DNA of 64,000 bases from Candidatus Marinacidobacterales bacterium (GTDB lineage: Bacteria; Acidobacteriota; Vicinamibacteria; Marinacidobacterales; DATDRI01): positions 2,720,001 through 2,784,000 of the forward strand of contig OZ245365.1 in NCBI GenBank assembly GCA_965226495.1. Reading direction: 5' to 3'. A program made the translations under genes and the position numbers. This document shows, in pieces, positions 49,291 through 58,456 of this stretch (positions are counted from its first letter, which is position 1; the number at the start of each line of letters is the position of its first letter). The notes under the pieces are model-generated. The model had not been told where the DNA came from and made no database searches. It worked only from the letters and a program-made list of their open reading frames with translations.

Positions 49291-50688
49291 ATGAGGAATC
49301 TGGTCTTACCCATCGTGGTCTTGATGGCCACGGTCGGCTTTTTCGTAGCCGCCTTCCAGGTCTTCTCCCGCGACTATCAGTATGTCCAGCTCGTTAAGCT
49401 CGGGGACAGGCTGATGGATGAGGAGCTTCCGTATCAAGCGTCGCGCACGTACGGCTCGGCCATCGGTCTGCGCCCCGACAAGCCTCTAGCCTATGTGAAA
49501 CGGGCGGAGGCGCTGCAGAAGCAGGGCAACCTGGCTAGCGCGCTCGAGGATCTTTCCGAAGCCTCGGGGCGGGGCGCCGACCCATTGACCGTCTCTCTGC
49601 ACCAAGCGAACATTTATTATGACCGGGGCAACTTCGACGAGGCGGTCGCCTACTATTCCGAGGTCCTAGAGCTCGATCCGAGATCTCCTTCCGTCTTGTA
49701 CAAGCTCGGTCTGGCCAGTTTTCGCGCCGGCCGAGAAGACGCGGCCATCGACGTGCTGACCCATGCGATAGAAACACAAGACGGATTTGCCGAGGCGTAC
49801 TATTTGCGGGCAGCCGTTTTTCACGCGCTCGGACGCGATGCCGAGACGGAGACGGATCTCCTGAAGACGCTGACACTACGGCCCGACGCTGGCGCGGCGC
49901 GTCTGGCCATTATCGAGTTTTATTTGGACACCGGTAAGACGACTAGGGCCCTCCGCGTGGCGAGGGAAGAGATCGACCGGCAACCGCAGGCCCCCTCCTC
50001 TTACCTCCTCCTCGCGGAGGTCCACCGAAGGCGCGGTCGCCACGACCAAGCCATCGCGGCCGTCGGGCTAGCCCTCGAGCAGGATCCGAACCTCCCCGAT
50101 GCTTATTTGCGATTAGGGCAGTTGTGGTTAGAGGACGGGGTCTCGCGCAACGACAAGGTAGCGTTGGAGAAGGCGGTCGTAGCGCTCGAGTCCGTCTCGC
50201 AACTGGAGAATGAGAACGGCCCCGCTTCCTTGGCGTTGGGACAAGCCTATCTAGCCATCGGTGACGAGGACAGGGCCTTCGACGAGCTGCAGCGTGCGGC
50301 GGAAGCAACCCCTATCCAAGCGGAGGCGCACCGGGAGTTAGGGGATCTTTACCTCGGCCGCGAGAACTTTGCCGACGCGGCGACCGCGTATCACGTGTAC
50401 CTCAAGCTCGGCGAACAAAGCCCGAGGGTGCTGGAACGGCTGGGAGATGCCTATGCCGGCATGGACAACCAGTCCGCGGCGGCGGAGACCTACCTGCAGT
50501 TGGCAACCCATAGCCCGAACCGCATGGGACCTTTGGTCAAGGCGGCTCGCGCCTATTTGGCTGCGGGAGAACCCCGTCTGGCCGCTCGGGTTTGCGAGCA
50601 GGGACTGGCCACCGATGCACAAAACGAAACACTGCGCGATTTGTTGGCGAGAGCGAGCGACACGGTTCCTGCCGTCGCGAATCCGTAG
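49291..50688 (+). CDS. Membrane-anchored tetratricopeptide-repeat protein
   Basis: N-terminal hydrophobic helix, many A..LG..Y...G....A repeats. Confidence 0.88.
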   Translation: MRNLVLPIVVLMATVGFFVAAFQVFSRDYQYVQLVKLGDRLMDEELPYQASRTYGSAIGLRPDKPLAYVKRAEALQKQGNLASALEDLSEASGRGADPLTVSLHQANIYYDRGNFDEAVAYYSEVLELDPRSPSVLYKLGLASFRAGREDAAIDVLTHAIETQDGFAEAYYLRAAVFHALGRDAETETDLLKTLTLRPDAGAARLAIIEFYLDTGKTTRALRVAREEIDRQPQAPSSYLLLAEVHRRRGRHDQAIAAVGLALEQDPNLPDAYLRLGQLWLEDGVSRNDKVALEKAVVALESVSQLENENGPASLALGQAYLAIGDEDRAFDELQRAAEATPIQAEAHRELGDLYLGRENFADAATAYHVYLKLGEQSPRVLERLGDAYAGMDNQSAAAETYLQLATHSPNRMGPLVKAARAYLAAGEPRLAARVCEQGLATDAQNETLRDLLARASDTVPAVANP

Positions 50689-50848
50689 TGTCCTGTATCA
50701 GTGGATCGTTGCCTAAAGCTCGAGGCCATTTTGTGTGCTGGCGAGGCGTGACGACGAAGTCATATCTGGATATTTCGAGGAGGCACAACGAAGCCAGCGC
50801 GCAAAAGGGACCGAGATTTAGGTATCGAATCACTGATACAGGACACTA
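50686..50848. mobile_element. MITE-like element with long terminal inverted repeats
   Basis: tagtgtcctgtatcagtg / cactgatacaggacacta (18 bp perfect), imperfect pairing to about 55 bp, TA at both ends. Confidence 0.8.
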
Positions 50849-50890
50849 GCCCACGGCGGGAATCGAAGTGAACTCTGGAGAGACAAACTC

Positions 50891-51199
50891 ATGAACCGAT
50901 TACTTAGGACGACGCTTCTCGTTTTGCTGGGGTCGGCAGTCGTTTCCTTGATGATTCCCCAGCTTTTGGATAGCGGGCGCGCTCGAACGGCGACCGCACT
51001 GAAAATTGTCCGGGTTGCATGCACCGACAACGTTTGCGGTGGTTGCGACGGTCGGTGTCATGACCGCGAGGGTGTGCAATACGATCACCTAACGGTGCGC
51101 AAGAACGGACATTGTACCTGCACTCCGAAGAAGGGGGGCGAGTTGGATCGCGTCACGAGTGAGGCATACAACCGTTGGGTAGGCTCGAACACCCGCTGA
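50891..51199 (+). CDS. Small exported Cys/His-rich hypothetical protein
   Basis: GGAGA RBS, hydrophobic N-terminus, CTDNVCGGCDGRCH...H...HCTC. Confidence 0.6.
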   Translation: MNRLLRTTLLVLLGSAVVSLMIPQLLDSGRARTATALKIVRVACTDNVCGGCDGRCHDREGVQYDHLTVRKNGHCTCTPKKGGELDRVTSEAYNRWVGSNTR

Positions 51200-51219
51200 G
51201 ACGGCGAAGGATCTAACCC

Positions 51220-51876
51220 TTGTCGCGGGACCGACTCGTCGTCTTCGCCCGCGCTCCAATGTTGGGCGCCGTCAAGACGCGGCTCGTTCCGCCTTTGTCC
51301 AACGAACAAGCACTCGCCTTGCACCGCGCTCTGGTCGAGGACACCCTAGAGAGACTCGCGCGGGTAGGCGGAAACGCTCTCGAACGCTGGCTCTATGTGA
51401 GCGAACCCTTGGCCGGTCAAGACGCGTTGGAAATCCCCTCCGCTTGGACGCTGGCGCTTCAAAACGGCGACGACCTCGGTATTCGGATGGAGAGCGCTTT
51501 TCGCGACGCATTCCACGAGGAGCCGGGGAGAATGCTCCTCTTGGGAAGCGACAGTCCAACGCTACCCCTGGAATACGTGGGACAGGCATTCAAGGAGCTC
51601 GTCGACCGAGACGTAGTCCTCGGTCCGGCCGAAGATGGGGGCTATTATCTCGTCGGGTGCTCCACCTTTGTACCCGAGCTCTTCCGGAGCATCGATTGGG
51701 GCACCGACCGAGTGTTGTCTCAGTCGAAAGAAGCCCTTTCGCTAGCGGAGCGCGAGTTTACGCTTCTTCCCACTTGGTACGACGTGGATTCTCAAGAGGA
51801 CCTGGCGCGACTTCGAAGTGAATTGAAGTCGAACGTGCTGCCGCACATCGCGTCCGCTCTCGCGGAGATCCCCTGA
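51220..51876 (+). CDS. DUF2064 / TIGR04282-family glycosyltransferase-like protein
   Basis: VFARAP..GAVKTRL, Q.GDDLG.RM, GSDSP, GPAEDGGYYL, WYDVD..EDL. Confidence 0.9.
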   Translation: MSRDRLVVFARAPMLGAVKTRLVPPLSNEQALALHRALVEDTLERLARVGGNALERWLYVSEPLAGQDALEIPSAWTLALQNGDDLGIRMESAFRDAFHEEPGRMLLLGSDSPTLPLEYVGQAFKELVDRDVVLGPAEDGGYYLVGCSTFVPELFRSIDWGTDRVLSQSKEALSLAEREFTLLPTWYDVDSQEDLARLRSELKSNVLPHIASALAEIP

Positions 51877-51913
51877 AGGGCCTGAAAGGTCTTGAAAGGC
51901 CTAAAAGGAAAGA

Positions 51914-53245
51914 TCAGCCAAACGGTTCTTCAATAGACGGACTCTGTGGTGTGAAGAGTCTTGCGCCATCCTCGGTGATGTACATGCAGTCCTCGAGACG
52001 AACACCGAACTCGCCGTACAGATAAATGCCAGGCTCGTCGCTGAAACACATGCCCGGTCGAAGCGGCGTCTTGTTTCCTCTGACCAAGTAGGTCCACTCG
52101 TGGCCGTCCAGCCCGATTCCATGTCCAACCCGATGAGTGAAGTAGTCATAGTCGGGACCAAAACCCCCGTCGGTGATGACGCGCCGCGCCGCCTCGTCCA
52201 CCGCATCGCAGGTGGTGCCGGGTTTAGCGGCGGCGAGGGCTGCGTCTTGGGCTTTCCTTTCGAGGTTCCACAGATCTCTTTGGCGATCACTCGGCTTGCC
52301 GAAGACCAGGGTACGAGTGATGTCGGAACGATATCCCTCGACACCACAGCCGCCATCGATCATCACGATCTCCCCTTCTTTCAATTTCTGCGACTGATTG
52401 CTACCGTGTGGAAAGGCCGAGTACTTGCCGAACTGAACGCCCGCACCGCCCTGCACTCCTAGAGCTTCAAAGGCCGCTGCGCAATGGGCCGCGAACTCGA
52501 ACTGCGTCATACCTTCGTTGAGGGTCTCGAGCGCGGCTCGATAGGCAGCGATCGTGATGTCGTTCGCGCGTTGCATCAAGGCGAGCTCAGCGGGAGACTT
52601 CGTCACCCGGCAGCCGACCGTTACGGAGTCGGCGCTGGCCAGCTCGACACCTGCAGACTCTCTTCGGATCCCATCGAAAAGAAAAAACCGGACCTTCTCC
52701 TCGATTCCTATTCTTCCGCTCGCGATGCCGCGGTCTTTCAAAATCTCTGCGACTCTCCGATAAGGGCTTTCGTCCTCCTGCCAGGTCCGGATGTCGTAAC
52801 CGAAGCGGATCAACTCGCGCGCCCGTTCCTCTTCGAACGCCGGGCAAACATACGCCGGCTCGCCGCGGGCGGGAAGGATCATCCCGAACATTCTTTCGCT
52901 GCGCCCCCAACGAATCCCGGTGAAGTAAAAAAGGCTCGAGCCGGACTCGACATAGATCGCATCGAGGTGGTTCTCGGTCATGAGGCGCCGCGCGTTTTCT
53001 ATGCGAGACTGCCGCTCCTCGTCCGAAATCGGCGAGATGCCCGCGGTCATGGGCTTCAACTGTCGGATCGACTCTGGAACATCCGTAGGCGCCGGTCTTC
53101 CTTGGCCGGCTTGGCCGGCTTGGCTGGCTTGGCCGGCTTGGCCGGCTTGGCTGGCCTCTTTGGCAAAGCCGAGAGTTGGCGCGAGCAGCGCGGCGCCCGC
53201 CACGCTCGCGGCGGACTGAAAGAAACCTCTCCTATCGACGCACAC
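51914..53245 (-). CDS. Tat-exported Xaa-Pro peptidase (M24 family)
   Basis: DRRGFF Tat motif, FPHG, DGG..GYRSDITRT, HRVGHGIG.DGHE, EPGIY, GVRLED. Confidence 0.93.
   Translation of the reverse strand: MCVDRRGFFQSAASVAGAALLAPTLGFAKEASQAGQAGQASQAGQAGQGRPAPTDVPESIRQLKPMTAGISPISDEERQSRIENARRLMTENHLDAIYVESGSSLFYFTGIRWGRSERMFGMILPARGEPAYVCPAFEEERARELIRFGYDIRTWQEDESPYRRVAEILKDRGIASGRIGIEEKVRFFLFDGIRRESAGVELASADSVTVGCRVTKSPAELALMQRANDITIAAYRAALETLNEGMTQFEFAAHCAAAFEALGVQGGAGVQFGKYSAFPHGSNQSQKLKEGEIVMIDGGCGVEGYRSDITRTLVFGKPSDRQRDLWNLERKAQDAALAAAKPGTTCDAVDEAARRVITDGGFGPDYDYFTHRVGHGIGLDGHEWTYLVRGNKTPLRPGMCFSDEPGIYLYGEFGVRLEDCMYITEDGARLFTPQSPSIEEPFG
53101..53154. repeat. In-frame 9-bp tandem repeat (about 6 units) encoding (S/G)QA
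   Basis: cttggccgg / cttggctgg units; protein ASQAGQAGQASQAGQAGQG. Confidence 0.85.
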
Positions 53246-53397
53246 TTTTTATGCCTCCGTCCCAGTGCCCTGTATGGCGCAGCACATTCTAAGCCGGAAC
53301 GGTGGTCCAGTCGAGATGTGGTGAGATCGGCCTTTTGGCGAGACTCAGGGGCCGGGAGGAAGGCGGAAAAAAAGGTCGTTTTTAGGAATTTTACCCC

Positions 53398-53427
53398 TTG
53401 ACGAGGACGGGGTACTTGTCATACCTT
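53398..53427 (+). promoter_or_regulatory. Putative sigma70 promoter with no downstream plus-strand gene
   Basis: TTGACG, 18 nt, TACCTT. Confidence 0.45.
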
Positions 53428-53433
53428 GTACGT

Positions 53434-53676
53434 ACCGCACAGCCAATAGGCGATCCTGAAGGCCACGGCTGAGCTTTCAAGTTTCGACCCTGCATTTATG
53501 TAGCGGGGACGGAATCGGGAAGGAGCCGTGCGCCATGTTTCCTTCTCCAGGTTGGGATTCCGTCCCCGCTGCTCCACTATTCCATATCCTTTTCGCCGTG
53601 GACTATGTGCCAGAGATCACGGAATTGCAAGTGGACTCCGGATTGAAGGGTTGAGGCAAGGCGTCGGGTCTTTTTT
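53434..53676 (+). ncRNA. Unidentified structured RNA candidate (6S-like ends, branched core)
   Basis: Helices 53481-91/53647-57, 53500-16/53556-72, 53517-25/53539-47, 53573-78/53630-35; G-U pairs work only on the plus strand; U6 at 53671-76. Confidence 0.5.
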
Positions 53677-53826
53677 CCTACGCCCCCCCGTCGAGTTTTA
53701 CCCCCACTTTCGGGAACGTTATGCCTCGGGACGTAACGCGGTCTGTGTTAAGTAGCTGCACCCAAAGAGGATACGGAAAGTTCTTCGGCGGGCCCAAACT
53801 GGTCCAGAAATTGCCCTTATTAACCC

Positions 53827-53919
53827 GAGCGGGGAGGGGGCAGCGTGGAAGGGCCCCCCGATAAGACGCACTCTGGTCGGGGAGTTGTCCACCCTTTGGT
53901 TGGGGCTCCTTCTCCGCTC
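53827..53919 (+). other. Second long interrupted stem-loop in the same intergenic region
   Basis: gagcggggaggggg / ctccttctccgctc plus inner gtgga/tccac and cccga/tcggg. Confidence 0.45.
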
Positions 53920-53937
53920 ATCGAAACTTATTCGACC

Positions 53938-54603
53938 TTAGTCGGTCTTAGTCGGCAGGGGGAGCGACACGACATCCCCGGGATGTTCCAGCCAATAGTC
54001 CGGTTCGTAAAGCTCCAGGACGTGCCTCTCGATCGGTCCCCAAAGTGCCGCCGCGGTGGAAACACCTGCGGCTCTGCCGGCAGCCATATCGTGGGCCGAG
54101 TCACCAATAAACAACGTCTCCGAGGGCGCTGCACCCAGTTGCTCGATGGCGTGAAGGACGGGTGACGGATCAGGCTTGGGGCGCTCCACGTCATCGGCTC
54201 CCACCAAGACCGGGAACAGGTCACTGAAGCCACATACCCTTAGGCCCCGTTGGGCGCCGGATCTCATCTTGCTAGTAACGACCCCCAGCTTCACGCCCCA
54301 GGAGCTCAAGGTCCTAACCGCTTCGATGGCTCCGGGAAATACCGTCACCATGTCATCGTGATACTGGTTGTTGTACTCGCGGTAGGTCACGATCATCGCC
54401 TCGACCACCTCCGGGTCGTCGGAGAACTCGCTGAGTTGCTTGCGGAGCGGCGTCCCCATGCCCGCAAGCCACAGCTCGTCCGGTGACACCTTGCCGAGAT
54501 GCGTCTTAACCGTGTGGCGGTACGACTGAAGAATCAACTCCACCGAATCGATGAGCGTTCCATCGAGGTCGAAGAGATAAGCCTTGAAGGGCGGGTTAGC
54601 CAC
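53938..54603 (-). CDS. HAD hydrolase, PpaX/phosphoglycolate-phosphatase-like
   Basis: LFDLDGTLIDS, VVTSK, KPDP, IGDSAHD; GTG start overlaps the pheT stop. Confidence 0.9.
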   Translation of the reverse strand: MANPPFKAYLFDLDGTLIDSVELILQSYRHTVKTHLGKVSPDELWLAGMGTPLRKQLSEFSDDPEVVEAMIVTYREYNNQYHDDMVTVFPGAIEAVRTLSSWGVKLGVVTSKMRSGAQRGLRVCGFSDLFPVLVGADDVERPKPDPSPVLHAIEQLGAAPSETLFIGDSAHDMAAGRAAGVSTAAALWGPIERHVLELYEPDYWLEHPGDVVSLPLPTKTD

Positions 54604-57001
54604 GAAGCTCGGCACCCAGGTCCTTTTGGAGAAGCCCGAGGATTCGGCCACGAGCCTTTGCCACATCCTTCTCCGTCAAGGTCCGGTCGCGGGCTTGGTA
54701 GGAGACCGAAAAGGCCAGGGACTTCTTCCCTTCCGAAACCTGTTCCCCCGCGTACTCATCGAACAGCTCGACCGAGGAGACGAGAGGGTGGCCCCGGATG
54801 ACATCGCGCACCCGCGACGCAGGTAGCTCCGCATCGACGACCACCGCCAGATCCTCCACTACGGGCGGGAACCGCGGTATAGGCTGGTAATGCGGGACCG
54901 GCGTCACTAGCGGCAATAGATCATCGAGCGCGACCTCGAAAAGGTAGACGTCCCGTTCCACACCAAAGTAAGCGGCAGTGGTGGGGTGAACCTGTCCGAG
55001 ATAGCCGACCTCCTTCTCTTCTGCACGCATCCGGCTGGCTCGGCCCGGAATCATCCCGTACTCCTCGACCGCCTCATACTCAACGGAAACCCCCAGACGG
55101 TCGAACAATCGCTCCACGCTCGCCTTCGCTTCAAAGAAGCCAATACCCTCTTCGGTCGCCCGGCCCCAACGATCCACACGCCGACCCGTTATCGCGCCCA
55201 CTAAATGCTCGACCTCGTTCGGCAGCTTCTCTTTGCTGGGAAGGTAGACCCTAGACGTCTCGAAGACGCCGAAAACCTCGTTTTGCACGCGCTGATTAGA
55301 TGCCACCGTGCTGAGCACGGAGCCACGGAGGCTGGTCCGCAACCGTTCTTGGCCCACGTTGAGCGGATTCAGGACGGCCAGGGGCTCCTCGCGAGCAAAT
55401 CGCTCCGGAGGGACAACCCGCTCCAGAGCCTCGCGACTCGTCAAGGGGTAGGTCACGATTTCTTGCATTCCGGCACTCGCGAGCACGTCGCGCACCCTCT
55501 CTCGTAACTCGCGCCTCGGCTGGGGTACGCGGGGAGGCACGCGCCCGGCGAGCGGTTCGATAGGAATCTGCTCGTAGCCAACGATTCGCGCCACTTCCTC
55601 CGCCACGTCGTCAGGGATACGAACATCCCGTCGCCAGTACGGTGGCTCCACTTCCCAACCGTCCGGCTTTGATGTGACCTCGAACCCAAGCAAACCGAGC
55701 GTGCTCTCAACCTGGTCGTCGGGAACATCAATACCGAGGACTTGAGCTAACCGCTGACGCTTTACCACGATGCGAGTCTTCGTCGGCTTGCCAGGGTACG
55801 CATCGACAACTCCCGCGGCGGCCTTACCACCGCCGAGCTCGACCAGCAGCTTGGTCGCGCGCTGAGAAGCAAGGAGCGCCAGCTCGGTGGGGAGACCCCA
55901 GGCGAACCTCCTCGACGCCTCACTCGGTACCTTGAGAGCCAGAGCGGTTCGTCGGATGCTGAGCTGGTTGAACGTCGCGACCTCCAAAAGGATGGTCTTG
56001 GTTTTCTCGGTGACTTCCGTGTCCAAGCCACCCATTACCCCCGCCACCGCGACCGGCCCCTTGGGATCGGTAATGAGCAAGTGCTCGGGTCCCAAAGTGT
56101 GGGCGACGCCGTCCAGCGTGGTCAGCTTCTCTCCTTTTCGTGCCCGACGAACAATGATGGTGTGCTCGGCCAAGGTGTCATAGTCGAAAGCGTGGATCGG
56201 CTGACCTGTCTCGAGCATCACGTAGTTCGTAATGTCCACGACGTTGTTGATCGGGCGCATCCCCGCAGCGGTCAATCGTCCCTGCATCCAAGGTGGAGAA
56301 GGACCGATCTTGACCTCTTCGATTACGGTCGCCGTGTACCGTGGGCACAGGTCGGCGTCGGCGTCCTCAATGACGACCTTCGCGAGTTTGTCGACTGGCC
56401 CGCCTTCGGCCTGGTAGGTCAGATCGGGCTCCCGCACCGTCTCTCCGGTCAAAGCGGCGACGTCCCGCGCCACTCCAAGCACCGAGAGACCGTCCGCCCG
56501 GTTGGGCTTCATATCGATCTCGAGCACCGTCTCCCCGTAGTAGTCCGCGAACGGCGTTCCGAGCGGCGCATCGTCTGAAAGAACCAGTATTCCCTCGTGC
56601 TCCTCCGAAAGACCCAACTCCCTCTCGGAGCACACCATGCCCGCCGATTCCACCCCACGAATTTTCGCCGCCTTCAGCTTCATTGGCTTGCCAGTGTGCC
56701 CATCGGCGAGCTGGGCGCCAAGCGTTGCGAAAGCGATCTTTTGGCCCGCCGCCACGTTCGGCGCTCCACAGACGACGGTATGCTGCTCGTCCCCGAGCGT
56801 GACCGTCGCGAGGCGCAGGCGATCCGCGTTTGGATGCGGAGCTACCTCAAGCACTTCCCCGACGAAGACGTTTTCCCAAGACTCACCGATCTGTTCGATC
56901 GACGTTACCTCGAGTCCGGCCATCGTCAGACGGTGGGCGAGGTCTTTCGGTGGCAAACGTAGAGTGACGTAGTCACTCAGCCACTTCAAAGGTACGCGCA
57001 T
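54596..57001 (-). CDS. pheT: Phenylalanine-tRNA ligase beta subunit
   Basis: HPNADRL, VCGAPNV, PNRAD.LS..GVARD, RPINNVVDITNYV, GKKSLAF. Confidence 0.97.
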   Translation of the reverse strand: MRVPLKWLSDYVTLRLPPKDLAHRLTMAGLEVTSIEQIGESWENVFVGEVLEVAPHPNADRLRLATVTLGDEQHTVVCGAPNVAAGQKIAFATLGAQLADGHTGKPMKLKAAKIRGVESAGMVCSERELGLSEEHEGILVLSDDAPLGTPFADYYGETVLEIDMKPNRADGLSVLGVARDVAALTGETVREPDLTYQAEGGPVDKLAKVVIEDADADLCPRYTATVIEEVKIGPSPPWMQGRLTAAGMRPINNVVDITNYVMLETGQPIHAFDYDTLAEHTIIVRRARKGEKLTTLDGVAHTLGPEHLLITDPKGPVAVAGVMGGLDTEVTEKTKTILLEVATFNQLSIRRTALALKVPSEASRRFAWGLPTELALLASQRATKLLVELGGGKAAAGVVDAYPGKPTKTRIVVKRQRLAQVLGIDVPDDQVESTLGLLGFEVTSKPDGWEVEPPYWRRDVRIPDDVAEEVARIVGYEQIPIEPLAGRVPPRVPQPRRELRERVRDVLASAGMQEIVTYPLTSREALERVVPPERFAREEPLAVLNPLNVGQERLRTSLRGSVLSTVASNQRVQNEVFGVFETSRVYLPSKEKLPNEVEHLVGAITGRRVDRWGRATEEGIGFFEAKASVERLFDRLGVSVEYEAVEEYGMIPGRASRMRAEEKEVGYLGQVHPTTAAYFGVERDVYLFEVALDDLLPLVTPVPHYQPIPRFPPVVEDLAVVVDAELPASRVRDVIRGHPLVSSVELFDEYAGEQVSEGKKSLAFSVSYQARDRTLTEKDVAKARGRILGLLQKDLGAELRG

Positions 57002-57006
57002 GGGGA

Positions 57007-58050
57007 TTAGAACTGCCTCAGAAAACGCAGGTCGTTGCTGTAGAAGTGACGAATGTCATCGACCCCATAGCGAAGCATCGCGATCCGCTCCACACCGAGG
57101 CCGGCCGCGAAACCGGTGTAGATGTCGGCGTCGTAGCCCATTTTCGTCAAGATCTCGGGATGCACCATCCCCGCACCCAGAATTTCGATCCAACCCTCGT
57201 TCTTACAGATGCGACAGCCCTTGCCCCCACACAAGAAGCAATCGATGGCCATATCGACGCCGGGCTCGACGAACGGGAAGTAATCGCATCGGAACCGAAT
57301 CTTTCGTTCCTGTCCGAACAGGCGCTTGGCAAACTCGAAAAGCGTTCCTTTCAGATGTGCCAAGGTGATGCCCGTGTCCACGGCCAACACCTCGACCTGC
57401 GTGATCATCCACTCGTGCGTCGGGTCGGTCGCCTCGTTCCGATACGTCTTGCCGGGTACCACAATACGGATCGGCGGCTGGTTCTTCTCCATGAAGCGCA
57501 CCTGGTTTGGCGACGTGTGGGTGCGAAGCAGGAGTTTCGCATCCGAACCATCGGCGCGATCGATGTAAAACGTGTCCATTAACTCACGGGCCGGATGTTC
57601 CTTGGGAATACGCAAGGCCTCGAAGTTGTAGTAGTCGAGCTCTACCTCCGGTCCTTCGACCACTGAAAAACCCTGAGACTCGAAGGCATTGAGAATGTCC
57701 CGCAGAGTTTGCGTGATGGGGTGAAGCCGCCCATAAGGGAGCGGGTAGCCCGGGAGGCTCACATCGACCCCTCCAGTCTCTACTGTTTTCTCGATGCGCG
57801 CCGTCTGGAGGGCGGCACGTCGCTCGGACAACGCCTCGTCGAGCTCCTTCTTGAGACGGTTGGCTGCTTCCCCAGCAGTACGTCTCTCATCCGACGGCAA
57901 CTCGCCCAACGAGCGCAGGAACGCTGTGAGTGTCGCCTTGCGCCCGAGGTGAGCAATACGCCAAGACTCGAGCGAGGACTCGTCCGACGCAGCGGCCAAA
58001 TCGCGGCGCGCATCATCGGCGATTTCTTGTATGTTCTTGCTATCCGTCAT
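57007..58050 (-). CDS. pheS: Phenylalanine-tRNA ligase alpha subunit
   Basis: HPAR..DTFY, LLRTHTSPNQ, YFPFVEP, WIEILGAGMVHP, GVERIAML. Confidence 0.97.
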   Translation of the reverse strand: MTDSKNIQEIADDARRDLAAASDESSLESWRIAHLGRKATLTAFLRSLGELPSDERRTAGEAANRLKKELDEALSERRAALQTARIEKTVETGGVDVSLPGYPLPYGRLHPITQTLRDILNAFESQGFSVVEGPEVELDYYNFEALRIPKEHPARELMDTFYIDRADGSDAKLLLRTHTSPNQVRFMEKNQPPIRIVVPGKTYRNEATDPTHEWMITQVEVLAVDTGITLAHLKGTLFEFAKRLFGQERKIRFRCDYFPFVEPGVDMAIDCFLCGGKGCRICKNEGWIEILGAGMVHPEILTKMGYDADIYTGFAAGLGVERIAMLRYGVDDIRHFYSNDLRFLRQF

Positions 58051-58456
58051 AACCGAAAACGAAACACGGCCGGGCTCCCGCCTTTCCGGCCCCGGCCGCT
58101 CAGAAAAGTGCGTAGCAATTATATAGCCGCCTGGCCAGGTTTCGTACTAGCACTTACCTAGTTTGACGGCCAACAGGGTCCAGCAGCCAGAACCGCTAGA
58201 TCCTGCATTGCCATCTGAACCCCACAGGGCGCGGCGAGGCCCAGATGGCCAGAGGGTCGCATTCGGGGGCAAAAAAAGATCGAAAAATACTTGACAGATT
58301 CTCCGGAGCAATTTCGAAGTGTGACTAGTCACTAACGTAAACACCTGCCGGAAACGCACCCACGCTTTCTCGCATCCTCTCTCCAAGATTGAGACGTTTT
58401 CTTGATCCAATCCGTTTAACCCCGTCTGGTGGCGGCAGAGGCGTCAGAAAAACCCG

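Noticed and set aside
51220-51876. Arsenosugar biosynthesis cluster
   Set aside because: Only the DUF2064/TIGR04282-like gene is present; no radical SAM ArsS, ArsM or partner glycosyltransferase nearby.
53528-53755. 75-aa ORF as the explanation for the orphan promoter
   Set aside because: Its GGAG and GTG start are buried in the 17-bp hairpin arm and the peptide has no recognisable features; not fully excluded, since a sequestered RBS could itself be regulatory.
53434-53919. tmRNA, RNase P, SRP RNA, tRNA or a common riboswitch
   Set aside because: Did not find their hallmark motifs (GAGGAAAGUCC, the SRP GGAA-loop/AGCAG helix, T-arm with CCA end, T-box or cobalamin boxes) on either strand.
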